A stretch of 64,000 nt of DNA from an uncultured Rikenella sp. (GTDB lineage: Bacteria; Bacteroidota; Bacteroidia; Bacteroidales; VadinHA17): positions 6,669 to 70,668 of the forward strand of contig CAZHZC010000006.1 of the NCBI GenBank assembly GCA_964537135.1, read 5' to 3'. This document shows positions 8,773-17,390 of the stretch, one piece after another (the stretch's first letter is position 1; every line of letters starts with the position of its first letter). Under the pieces are notes generated by a model. That model ran no database searches. It saw only the letters and a list, made by a program, of their open reading frames with translations, and was not told the origin of the DNA. Made by a program: the position numbers and the translations under genes.

Positions 8773-10122
8773 CTATTCGAGCCATCCGGGGTAATGGAAG
8801 TTGCATCCGCGGAACTCATTGCTGATGCGGATATAGGTCTTCCGTATCTTCTCAATGATCCACTCTTCGTACCTGCTGTTCTCCTTATGGCGCAGGGCAG
8901 CCTCAGCCAGGTAGTTATAGTCATCCTTCAGGTTGACCCTGTGGGCCGGGATCTCATCATCAAGCTTTATTATGCAGTAGATGTTATTGTTTTTTGAGTC
9001 GGTAGTACGGAATGGTTCAGAGACCTCTCCCTTTCTCATGTCGCGTACCATCAGGTTGACCTCCTTGGATAACTCATCAAGCGTCAGCCAGTCAACCCTC
9101 TCTGACGGGTTCTCACTGACCATCTTGCCGCCGTTGGTACGGGTGGCCCTGTCTGATGAGTAGCGGTAGGCGGCCTGGGCAAATGTGAGTGAGTCTGTAC
9201 GTATAAGGTTAGCAATGGTATCAAGCTTCATGATAGCCCACTCAGTCTGGTCAGCGGTCAGTCGCGGCTTCATGAGTATGTGGCGTGAGTTGACCATATC
9301 GCCCCTCCTGTCAATGAGCTGTATAATATGAAACCCAAACTCACTCTCGATGATCTTTGACACTACCCCCTGCCTCAGGCTCCAGGCTGCCTCTGAGTAT
9401 GGCTTGGTAAGCTCACCCCTGGTACGATAGCCCAGCTCACCGCCGCCGGGTGCTGAACCGGGATCTTCCGAGTAGAGGATGGCGAGGGTGCTGAAGCTCT
9501 CACCATTGATGATACGGCTGCGCAGGTCAAGCAGCCTCTGGCGTACCTCAGCCTTGCTTGCCTCCATGTCAGGAGGCTCAACAGCTATCATACTGATCTG
9601 AACCCTCCTGGGGACAAGCGGCAGTGAGTCCTGACCAATGGTGGCAAAATAACGCTTCACCTCACCGGGGGTGACAGTGACATTCTGTGCTATGGATGAC
9701 TGTGTCTTCTGGACGATATGCTGGTTGGTGAGCATCTCACGCAGATCCTTCCTGATCTCGGTCATGCTCTTGTTGAAATAGGTCTCCAGGGCCTGCTCAG
9801 AGCCGGCACGCCTGATATAATCGGTGAGTCTGCCGTTAAGATCTGTCTCAACGCTCTCAGGTGTTACCTCAATTGAGTCTATCCTCGCCTGGTCAAGGAA
9901 CAGCTTCTGTATCAGCTGATCTTCAAACACGTGGCAGCGTAGCTCATCAATAGGGGTGGGGTTGCGCTCAGCCTTCATCTGAACCACCTGACTCTCAATA
10001 TCAGAAAGGTATATGACCTCATTACCCACCACGGCCACCACAGACTCAACAATCTGCTGACCGGAGGCAGCAAAGCAGGTGGCAAGCGCCATAAACATAA
10101 ATATCACAATACTTTTCTTCAT
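8773..10122 (-). CDS. SurA-like peptidyl-prolyl cis-trans isomerase (parvulin/PpiC type)
   Basis: Signal peptide MKKSIVIFMFMALATCFAASGQ from ATG 10122. Has a SurA N-domain and a parvulin domain (FGFHIIQL). Confidence 0.8.
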   Translation of the reverse strand: MKKSIVIFMFMALATCFAASGQQIVESVVAVVGNEVIYLSDIESQVVQMKAERNPTPIDELRCHVFEDQLIQKLFLDQARIDSIEVTPESVETDLNGRLTDYIRRAGSEQALETYFNKSMTEIRKDLREMLTNQHIVQKTQSSIAQNVTVTPGEVKRYFATIGQDSLPLVPRRVQISMIAVEPPDMEASKAEVRQRLLDLRSRIINGESFSTLAILYSEDPGSAPGGGELGYRTRGELTKPYSEAAWSLRQGVVSKIIESEFGFHIIQLIDRRGDMVNSRHILMKPRLTADQTEWAIMKLDTIANLIRTDSLTFAQAAYRYSSDRATRTNGGKMVSENPSERVDWLTLDELSKEVNLMVRDMRKGEVSEPFRTTDSKNNNIYCIIKLDDEIPAHRVNLKDDYNYLAEAALRHKENSRYEEWIIEKIRKTYIRISNEFRGCNFHYPGWLE

Positions 10123-10165
10123 CCCTTTTGTTCTTTTGTAAAGTGTGAGGGTGTTGATTTCTTCT

Positions 10166-11017
10166 TTAGTAGAGTTTGAGGGTGTTGTTGCTGACAGCCT
10201 CATTGTATATTCCCTCTTCAAGCTTCTGTAAAAATTCATTCCTGCGGTTGTTAAGAATGATAGTCCTGATCTGTCCGCTGATGTATTCATACGGTGCGAC
10301 GCTGTTTCTCAGCCGGTACTCTCTGATGGTTATGAAGTAGGAGAACCGGTCATCCTTAAGCTCGACAGCCCTGTTGCGTGCCAGCCACCGCTCCTGGTCG
10401 TTTGACTCAAACGGTACCTCCATCAGCAGCTGGGTGAAGGGGATCCACTCATCATTATAGTCATCATACCTCACCGAGTAGTTGTAACAGATATTTTCCA
10501 GCTCCCTGATCTCTGCAGGCTCCTGTGAGCGGTAGAGCTGTCTCACCTTCTCAAGTTCAGGCATACCGGCGGGCAGCTTGATGAAGAGTGCCTTGACAAT
10601 ATTGGTGGTGAGGGTAAAGGTGGTGAGGTTGTTGACGTAATAGTCCTGAAGCTCACTATCGGTTACAGTGGTATCCATCTTTTGGATGATCATCTGCTGC
10701 TGGTACTGATAGGTGAGCAGGTTATTGCGCATCTCGGTCATCTGACGGTTGACCTCTGCCTTATATTCAGGGGTCAGGTTGGCCTCTGCCCTGAGGGCCA
10801 TCAGCTCTTTGCGGGCCCACTGCCTGATGTAGCTCTGCACCGCGGCAATACTGTCAGCCCGCTCCATACCCTCTACCAGTAGCCTGGCAGGTACCTGGTC
10901 AAGGTAGAGCACCCTCTCACCAGCCTTTGCCACCACACGCCGCCCCTCATCTACGCTGGTCTGCTGGCATGAGATAAGCAGTGTGACGGCAACCACCGGT
11001 ATGATGAGCTGTCTCAT
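10166..11017 (-). CDS. SurA-N-domain / PPIase-like lipoprotein
   Basis: Lipoprotein signal MRQLIIPVVAVTLLISCQ from ATG 11017. Conserved position between guaB and the SurA-like gene. No clear parvulin motif seen. Confidence 0.55.
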   Translation of the reverse strand: MRQLIIPVVAVTLLISCQQTSVDEGRRVVAKAGERVLYLDQVPARLLVEGMERADSIAAVQSYIRQWARKELMALRAEANLTPEYKAEVNRQMTEMRNNLLTYQYQQQMIIQKMDTTVTDSELQDYYVNNLTTFTLTTNIVKALFIKLPAGMPELEKVRQLYRSQEPAEIRELENICYNYSVRYDDYNDEWIPFTQLLMEVPFESNDQERWLARNRAVELKDDRFSYFITIREYRLRNSVAPYEYISGQIRTIILNNRRNEFLQKLEEGIYNEAVSNNTLKLY

Positions 11018-11021
11018 GCCT

Positions 11022-12512
11022 TTAAAACTCGTTACTCTTTCTGCTGTAGTTGGGTGCCTCACGTGTGATGGTCACATCATGAGGGTGACCCTCCGTCACC
11101 CCGGCACTGGTGACCCTGACAAAATGGCCCTCCCGCTGAAGGGTGGCAATGTCAGCGGCACCACAGTAGCCCATCCCGGCCCTCAGTCCGCCCAGGTACT
11201 GGTATATCACCTCACTGAGGGTACCCTTATAGGGAACACGGGCAGTGATACCTTCAGGTACCAGCTTGTGAACATCATCCTCCATATCCTGATAGTAGCG
11301 GTCACGTGATCCCTGCTGCATAGCCTCTATTGATCCCATGCCGCGGTAGGCCTTAAATTTTCTTCCATTATAGATAATGGTCTCGCCGGGTGACTCCTCC
11401 ACCCCGGCAAAGAGCGATCCGGCCATGATACTGTCTGCCCCGGCAGCAATAGCTTTCACAATATCTCCCGAATAGCGGATACCCCCGTCGGCAATGACCG
11501 GCACACCGCTGCCTCTGATTGCCCTGGCAACATTGTATATGGCACTCAGCTGCGGAACGCCGGCACCGGCTATCACACGGGTGGTACAGATAGATCCCGG
11601 GCCTATGCCCACCTTGACCGCATCAACACCCTCATCCACAAGCCTGGTGGCCGCCTCGGCAGTACCAATATTTCCAGCTATCAGCTCCACGCCGGGGAAG
11701 AGCTTCCTGACCTCTTTCAGGAGATCAATCACACTCCTGGTATGGGCATGGGCAGTATCTATGACAACAGCATCCACATCAGCAGCAATAAGGGCCTCAA
11801 CACGTGAGAGGGTATTTTGTGCTATGCCGACGGCAGCAGCCACCCTGAGACGGCCCCGCTCATCCTTGCATGAGTTGGGCCGGTCCTTCGCCTTGGTGAT
11901 ATCCTTATAGGTGACCAGTCCCTTGAGGCGACCCTTCTCATCTACAATAGGGAGCTTCTCTATCTTGTGCTTCTGCAGCATTGAGGTGGCGGCACTCAGG
12001 TCAGTCTGATGGCTGAGGGTGATAAGCCGCGAGAGAGGGGTCATGATCTCACTCACCGGACGGGTGAAATTGGTCTCAAAGCGAAGGTCACGGTTGGTGA
12101 CAATACCGGTCAGCTCACCATCTTCATGGATAACCGGTATCCCGCCTATCCTGAACTCCTTCATCAGTGCGAGGGCATCAGCAACAGTAGCTGTGTCAGA
12201 GATGGTTACCGGATCAAAGATCATCACACTCTCGGCACGCTTAACCTTACGTACCTGTGACGCCTGCTGGCTGACAGACATATTTTTGTGTATCACTCCT
12301 ATACCGCCCTCACGTGCAATGGCGATTGCCATATCAGCCTCGGTGACAGTATCCATGGCAGCCGAAACGATAGGTGCATTGAGAGTAATGTTGCGGGTGA
12401 ACTTTGATCGCAGGGTGACATTGCGGGGCATCACCTCTGAGTAGGCCGGTAAAAGCAGCACATCATCAAAGGTAAGACCTTCAAACAACAGTTTATCTTC
12501 AAAGAATGACAT
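11022..12512 (-). CDS. guaB: IMP dehydrogenase
   Basis: Starts [27 protein letters not shown] (ATG 12512). CBS pair present, with the catalytic loop [11 protein letters not shown]. Confidence 0.97.
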   Translation of the reverse strand: MSFFEDKLLFEGLTFDDVLLLPAYSEVMPRNVTLRSKFTRNITLNAPIVSAAMDTVTEADMAIAIAREGGIGVIHKNMSVSQQASQVRKVKRAESVMIFDPVTISDTATVADALALMKEFRIGGIPVIHEDGELTGIVTNRDLRFETNFTRPVSEIMTPLSRLITLSHQTDLSAATSMLQKHKIEKLPIVDEKGRLKGLVTYKDITKAKDRPNSCKDERGRLRVAAAVGIAQNTLSRVEALIAADVDAVVIDTAHAHTRSVIDLLKEVRKLFPGVELIAGNIGTAEAATRLVDEGVDAVKVGIGPGSICTTRVIAGAGVPQLSAIYNVARAIRGSGVPVIADGGIRYSGDIVKAIAAGADSIMAGSLFAGVEESPGETIIYNGRKFKAYRGMGSIEAMQQGSRDRYYQDMEDDVHKLVPEGITARVPYKGTLSEVIYQYLGGLRAGMGYCGAADIATLQREGHFVRVTSAGVTEGHPHDVTITREAPNYSRKSNEF

Positions 12513-12608
12513 CGGGCATGATTTTATCCTGGGGCGAAAATTACAAAAAATAGAGAAGCAGTCACCTATGATTATGCCCAATAAAGGGGAAAAGTAAGAT
12601 GGAGTTAT

Positions 12609-12616
12609 TAAATTTG
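12609..12616 (+). promoter_or_regulatory. Candidate -7 box (TAnnTTTG) for recQ
   Basis: taaatttg lies 21 nt upstream of ATG 12637. Confidence 0.3.
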
Positions 12617-12636
12617 TATGAAACAGTCGCAAAACA

Positions 12637-14547
12637 ATGCTACCGGATATCTACAGGGAGACCCTTGCACGTTACTGGGGATATACCTCCTTCAGGCCAT
12701 TACAGGAAGAGATCATCGAAGCGGTGACCTCCGGCAGTGATGTGGTGGGCCTCCTGCCTACCGGCGGCGGTAAATCGGTAACATATCAGGTGCCACCGGT
12801 GGCCGATGCGGGGCTCTGCCTGGTAATAACACCACTGATAGCCCTGATGAAAGACCAGGTGGAGAGGCTCACCTCTTTGAACATAAAGGCAATGGCCATA
12901 CATAGCGGAATGAGCCGCGAGGAGGTGGAGATATCACTTGACAACTGTCTCTACGGTGACTACCGGCTACTATATGTCAGTCCTGAAAGACTCCATACAC
13001 CACTCTTCAAGGCACGGCTGCCCAGGTTCAGCCTGACAATGGTGGCTGTTGATGAGGCTCACTGTATCTCACACTGGGGGTATGATTTCAGACCCTCATA
13101 CCTGCGTATCGCAGAGATAAGAGAGATGCTCAGCGAAAAGGTGCCCTTCCTGGCACTGACAGCCACGGCAACACCGAGGGTGGTGGAGGATATCATCGCC
13201 AGGCTGGGAATGAAAGGGGCCAAAGTGATGCAGGCAAGCTTCCGGAGGCCGAACATCACATACATGGTGAGGGAGACGGAGGATAAGGGCGCCTATGTGC
13301 TGCGAAGCCTCAAAAAGGAGAAGGGAAGCGGTATCATATATGTAGGAAGCAGAAAAAGGGCCAGGGAGGTGGCACAGCTGCTGGCGGCAAACAGTATAAA
13401 GGCAGATTTTTACCACGCCGGACTGAAACAGGAGATGCGTGACAGAAAACAGGCCTCATGGAGCTCGGGAGAGACACGGGTAATTGTAGCCACAAACGCT
13501 TTTGGGATGGGTATTGACAAGGCTGATGTGAGGTTTGTCATACACTGGGACTGTCCCGACTCGGTGGAGGCCTACTACCAGGAGTCGGGTAGGGCCGGAC
13601 GCGACGGCAAGAGGTCTTATGCGGTACTGCTCTGGTCACAGGATGAGAAGAGGAAGCTGAATGACTCGGTCAGAATAAAGTTTCCGTCGATAGATAAGAT
13701 CAAAGATGTATATGAGGCTATAGGAAACTATTGCCAGCTGCCGGTAGGAACAGGAAAGAACAGTGTACAGGACTTCGACCTCTGGAAATTTGCCTCATCT
13801 TTCCGTTTCCCGGTGACAGAGACATACAACAGCCTCAGGTTCCTGCAGAAAGAGGGATATCTTGAATTTACCGATGAGATCAACAACCCGTCAAGGGTAT
13901 ATTTTGTTGTGAGCCGTGATGACCTCTATAAGTTCCAGGTAGCCAATGAGGAGTATGACCGGTTTATTAAGCTGCTTCTACGTACCTACAGCGGAATGTT
14001 TTCAGGGTTTGTGCCGATCAATGAGGAGCTGCTGGCAGCCAGGGCAGGAGTGACACGTGAAGCAATCTATCAATACCTGCTCAGACTATCATCACAGGGA
14101 ATAATACACTTTATCCCGGGCAAGAGAAGCCCGCTGGTGATATTCACCGAGGAGCGGCTTGACCGAAACCAGCTGCGTATATCACCGGAGATATACCTCA
14201 GGGTGAAAGAGAACTATATAGAGAGGGTGGAGGCAATAATAGGGTATGCAGAGAACAGGAGACGCTGCCGCGCAGCAGCACTAACAGCATACTTTGGTGA
14301 AGAGAGCGGGAGATGTGGCATGTGCGACACCTGCCAGGAGAGGAATGAGCTGGAGCTTAGTAAGTATGAGTTTGACATGGTGGTAAGCAAGATAAAAGAG
14401 CTGCTGGCAGAGAAAGCACTGAGACCCGAGGAGCTGGAACCGCTGATGGAGCTGCCCAGAGAGAAGAGCCTCAAGGTGATAAGGTGGCTGCTCGATCATG
14501 AGAAGCTGCTATATGATGACAACCACCGGCTTGTATGGAAAAAGTGA
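12637..14547 (+). CDS. recQ: RecQ-family ATP-dependent DNA helicase
   Basis: 636 aa with FRPLQEEII, TGGGKS, DEAHCISHWGYDFRP and the RecQ Zn-binding C-terminal region (CRAAALTAYFGEE...CGMCDTC). Confidence 0.9.
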   Translation: MLPDIYRETLARYWGYTSFRPLQEEIIEAVTSGSDVVGLLPTGGGKSVTYQVPPVADAGLCLVITPLIALMKDQVERLTSLNIKAMAIHSGMSREEVEISLDNCLYGDYRLLYVSPERLHTPLFKARLPRFSLTMVAVDEAHCISHWGYDFRPSYLRIAEIREMLSEKVPFLALTATATPRVVEDIIARLGMKGAKVMQASFRRPNITYMVRETEDKGAYVLRSLKKEKGSGIIYVGSRKRAREVAQLLAANSIKADFYHAGLKQEMRDRKQASWSSGETRVIVATNAFGMGIDKADVRFVIHWDCPDSVEAYYQESGRAGRDGKRSYAVLLWSQDEKRKLNDSVRIKFPSIDKIKDVYEAIGNYCQLPVGTGKNSVQDFDLWKFASSFRFPVTETYNSLRFLQKEGYLEFTDEINNPSRVYFVVSRDDLYKFQVANEEYDRFIKLLLRTYSGMFSGFVPINEELLAARAGVTREAIYQYLLRLSSQGIIHFIPGKRSPLVIFTEERLDRNQLRISPEIYLRVKENYIERVEAIIGYAENRRRCRAAALTAYFGEESGRCGMCDTCQERNELELSKYEFDMVVSKIKELLAEKALRPEELEPLMELPREKSLKVIRWLLDHEKLLYDDNHRLVWKK

Positions 14548-14623
14548 AACCGCCACCCGGCAGCTCAACACACGCCAGACAAAACCATTTTACGTTTGGC
14601 TGAGCAGTTAAACCTTAAATCAA

Positions 14624-14631
14624 TACTTTTG
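14624..14631 (+). promoter_or_regulatory. Candidate -7 box (TAnnTTTG)
   Basis: tacttttg lies 21 nt upstream of ATG 14652. A second match, tacgtttg, is at 14591..14598. Confidence 0.3.
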
Positions 14632-14651
14632 TCAGGTGATAGATACTTATT

Positions 14652-15185
14652 ATGAAAAAAGAGGATAATGCCATATATTCAAGGCAGGCAATTGAGTTTG
14701 CGGCATCAGCCAATGAGTATTGCAAATACCTGGAGTCGGTACAGGCCGGCGGAGTGGAGATAATGAAAGTGCTGCAGAGACTGCTGCCATTTATCTATCT
14801 GAGAGCCTCACTATTGCCTCTGCTCGAGCCGGTGCTCGAGGAGCCCAATGAGAAGAGCGTAACCGAATTTGAGTGGACCAGGATACATGATGAGCTGCTC
14901 TCCAGGATAGGCAACAATGACCCATTCCCGGTGGCAGTGACCGGTGAGGGTCCCGCCGACGGACTATATACCGGTAGCATAGCTGAAAACCTGGCTGACA
15001 TCTATCAGGATCTTAAGGACTTTATTGTCAGCTACCGAAGCGGTAATGAGGAGGTGATGAATGATGCAATGTGGGAGGTGCTGATGCACTTTGAAGAGCA
15101 CTGGGGCAAAAAACTGCTGGATGTGCTCACGGCAATCCATTCCGTGCTGTACTCACCCGGCGATGACGACCTTGATGACGAATGA
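14652..15185 (+). CDS. DUF5063 domain protein
   Basis: 177 aa. Recognised as the conserved Bacteroidota protein encoded directly upstream of a 3'-5' exonuclease gene. Acidic GDDDLDDE tail. Confidence 0.6.
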   Translation: MKKEDNAIYSRQAIEFAASANEYCKYLESVQAGGVEIMKVLQRLLPFIYLRASLLPLLEPVLEEPNEKSVTEFEWTRIHDELLSRIGNNDPFPVAVTGEGPADGLYTGSIAENLADIYQDLKDFIVSYRSGNEEVMNDAMWEVLMHFEEHWGKKLLDVLTAIHSVLYSPGDDDLDDE

Positions 15186-15245
15186 TATGACCCAGATGAC
15201 CATGAGATGACCGTGAGGCGACCATGTGATGACCTAGATGACAAT

Positions 15246-15375
15246 GATACGACAAAGAGTAACAGGTTTAGTGAGACAATATCTGATGATGAGCTGAGGC
15301 AGCGGCCACTGATACGACAATGAGTAACAGGTTTAATGAGACAATAACTGATGATGAGCTGAGGCAACTGCCCCT
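15246..15375. repeat. 65-bp tandem duplication covering the start codon and first about 19 codons of the exonuclease gene
   Basis: Copy 1 is 15246..15310 and copy 2 is 15311..15375. There are 3 mismatches in the first 57 nt, and the ATG of copy 2 is AAG in copy 1. Confidence 0.9.
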
Positions 15376-16198
15376 CTTCCACTTTGAGGGGCAGGTGAGC
15401 CTGGTTGATACAATGGAGAAATTCAGAGAGGCGATGCATGAGCTGAGAGAGCCGTCACTGCTCGGCTTTGATACCGAAACCAGGCCCTCCTTCAGAAAAG
15501 GGAAAAGATATAACGTCTCCCTGCTGCAGCTGGCTGACGGTGAACGTGCATGGCTCTTCAGACTCAACGTGATTGGCCTGCCCGAGGCACTGACTGCGCT
15601 GCTGGCTGACCCCTCTGTCATAAAGACCGGCGTGGCAATAACTGATGACATAAAAGCACTGCAGGCACTCACCTGGTTTGAGCCTGACGGATTCATTGAC
15701 CTGCAGGATATAGTTGCCAGCCACGGAATCAGGGAGCTGGGACTAAAAAAGCTGTCAGCCATAACCCTGGGACACTCAATCTCAAAATCACAGCAGATAT
15801 CAAACTGGGAGGCCGATGAGCTGACTGACAGACAGCAGCTCTATGCCGCAACCGATGCATGGGTATGCCGCTGCATATATCTGGTGCTAAACGGATATAA
15901 TGTATGTGGAAACCGGCAGGGCGCCAATAGGGGTGGAGATGAAAAGCGGGATATCCATAGTCCAGGAAGGGGGAACCACGGTGCAGGAAGGGATAACCAC
16001 ATCGCAGAAAAAGGGAATCGTCGTGAGAAACGGGATAACCACATCGCAGAAAAAGGGAATCGTCGTGAGAAACGGGGTAACCACAGTGCTGCAAGAGGAA
16101 ATCACAGTGCAACGGGGGGGAATCACAGTAAAGAAAGAGGTAACCCTGGTGAAAAGCGGGGTAACCACAATCAGAAGAGGGGTGATGGAGGGAGATAA
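15320..16198 (+). CDS. 3'-5' exonuclease (DnaQ/RNase D-like DEDD domain) with a roughly 95-aa basic repeat tail
   Basis: The core (LGFDTETRP..., ...YAATDAWVCRCIY) matches the DEDDy exonuclease fold. After about residue 195 the sequence becomes G/N/H/R/K-rich repeats. Confidence 0.75.
   Translation: MSNRFNETITDDELRQLPLFHFEGQVSLVDTMEKFREAMHELREPSLLGFDTETRPSFRKGKRYNVSLLQLADGERAWLFRLNVIGLPEALTALLADPSVIKTGVAITDDIKALQALTWFEPDGFIDLQDIVASHGIRELGLKKLSAITLGHSISKSQQISNWEADELTDRQQLYAATDAWVCRCIYLVLNGYNVCGNRQGANRGGDEKRDIHSPGRGNHGAGRDNHIAEKGNRREKRDNHIAEKGNRREKRGNHSAARGNHSATGGNHSKERGNPGEKRGNHNQKRGDGGR
15945..16180. repeat. Purine-rich tandem repeat: perfect 42-bp x2 (15990..16073) flanked by degenerate GGNAACCAC-type copies
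   Basis: gggataaccacatcgcagaaaaagggaatcgtcgtgagaaac occurs twice in tandem. Five of six frames are open over 15900..16044. Confidence 0.9.
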
Positions 16199-17390
16199 CG
16201 GGGTAACAGCTCAGATAACCCTTAAAAGAGGGAAGGAGCAGTCGGTAAAGAGATACCACCCCTGGATATTTTCAGGGGCGGTTGCATCGGTTGAGGGAAA
16301 GCCGCTGGAGGGCGATACGGTTGAGGTATATGACAGTGAGGGTGGATACCTCGCTACCGGACACTGGGCACCTGGCTCAATAGCTGTACGTATCATCTCA
16401 TTCACAAAAGAGAGGCTTGACACCACCTTCTACCGAGGTCGCCTTGAGGAGGCACTGCGGTACCGCATCACAACAGGTGTGGCCGGTGAGAGTGACACCA
16501 CCGTCTGGAGGCTGCTGCATGGTGAGGGTGACGGTATACCCGGGCTGGTGATTGATATTTATGGTAATGTTGCGGTGATGCAGGCACATACGGCCGGTAT
16601 CTGGAGGATACGCTCCATGATTGCCGCGCTGCTGCCTGAGCTGACCGGCGGAGTGGTGAGGAGTGTCTATGACAAGAGTGCAGGGACACTTCCGCACAAG
16701 GCCAATCTGAACCCTGTTAATGGATACCTGAATGGTGGTGATGACGGGGCGGGAGGAGCGGTAGTGACTGAGAACGGATTCCGCTTCAGGGTAGACTGGG
16801 AGAAGGGGCAGAAGACAGGCTTCTTTATTGACCAGCGTGACAGCCGCTCCCTGCTAAAGGAGTATACGGCAGATAAGGAGGTGCTCAACATGTTCGGGTA
16901 CACCGGAGCCTTCTCGGTATATGCACTCTCCAATGCTGCTGCGGTCACCACCGTTGACAGCTCGGCAGCGGCCATCGCCATGGCCGGTGAGAATGTAGAG
17001 CTCAACTATGGCAACGAAAGAGGCCACCGCTCAGTTGTGGCAGATGCTTTCAGCTTCCTCGCCGGCGAAGAGCGCGAATATGATATTATAGTGGTTGACC
17101 CGCCCGCCTTCGCTAAACACCTGAGCGCAACAGATCAGGCACTTAAGGGCTACAGGAGGCTCAATGCCCTCGCTATGCGGAAGATAAGGCCGGGAGGGAT
17201 GCTCTTTACCTTCTCTTGCTCACAGGCGGTGAGCCGTGAACAGTTCCGCAGGTCGCTCTTTGTCGCCGCAGCAGGCATCGGAAGGAGAGTACGTATCATG
17301 CACCAGACCGGTCAGCCGGCTGACCACCCGGTAAGCCTCTTTCATCCTGAGAGCGAGTATCTCAAGGGAGTGGTGCTCTATATAGAGTAA
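16185..17390 (+). CDS. rlmI: 23S rRNA (cytosine-C5)-methyltransferase RlmI-like (PUA + class I SAM MTase)
   Basis: From ATG 16185: ITLKRGKEQSVKRYHPWIFSGAV... (PUA), then ...NMFGYTGAFSVYA, VVDPPAF. The 95 codons upstream in the track ORF are repeat read-through. Confidence 0.8.
   Translation: MEGDNGVTAQITLKRGKEQSVKRYHPWIFSGAVASVEGKPLEGDTVEVYDSEGGYLATGHWAPGSIAVRIISFTKERLDTTFYRGRLEEALRYRITTGVAGESDTTVWRLLHGEGDGIPGLVIDIYGNVAVMQAHTAGIWRIRSMIAALLPELTGGVVRSVYDKSAGTLPHKANLNPVNGYLNGGDDGAGGAVVTENGFRFRVDWEKGQKTGFFIDQRDSRSLLKEYTADKEVLNMFGYTGAFSVYALSNAAAVTTVDSSAAAIAMAGENVELNYGNERGHRSVVADAFSFLAGEEREYDIIVVDPPAFAKHLSATDQALKGYRRLNALAMRKIRPGGMLFTFSCSQAVSREQFRRSLFVAAAGIGRRVRIMHQTGQPADHPVSLFHPESEYLKGVVLYIE

Noticed and set aside
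8806-12632. Longer track starts for the OstA-like gene, both PPIase genes and guaB (8806, 10290, 11062, 12632)
   Set aside because: Each extension overlaps the upstream gene and precedes an obvious signal peptide or the conserved N-terminus. Internal ATGs (8737, 10122, 11017, 12512) give canonical proteins.
15900-16184. 95-codon N-terminal extension of the RlmI ORF
   Set aside because: The extension consists only of repeat read-through (GITTSQKKGIVVRN x2). The conserved RlmI PUA domain begins just after ATG 16185, which gives a typical protein of about 400 aa.
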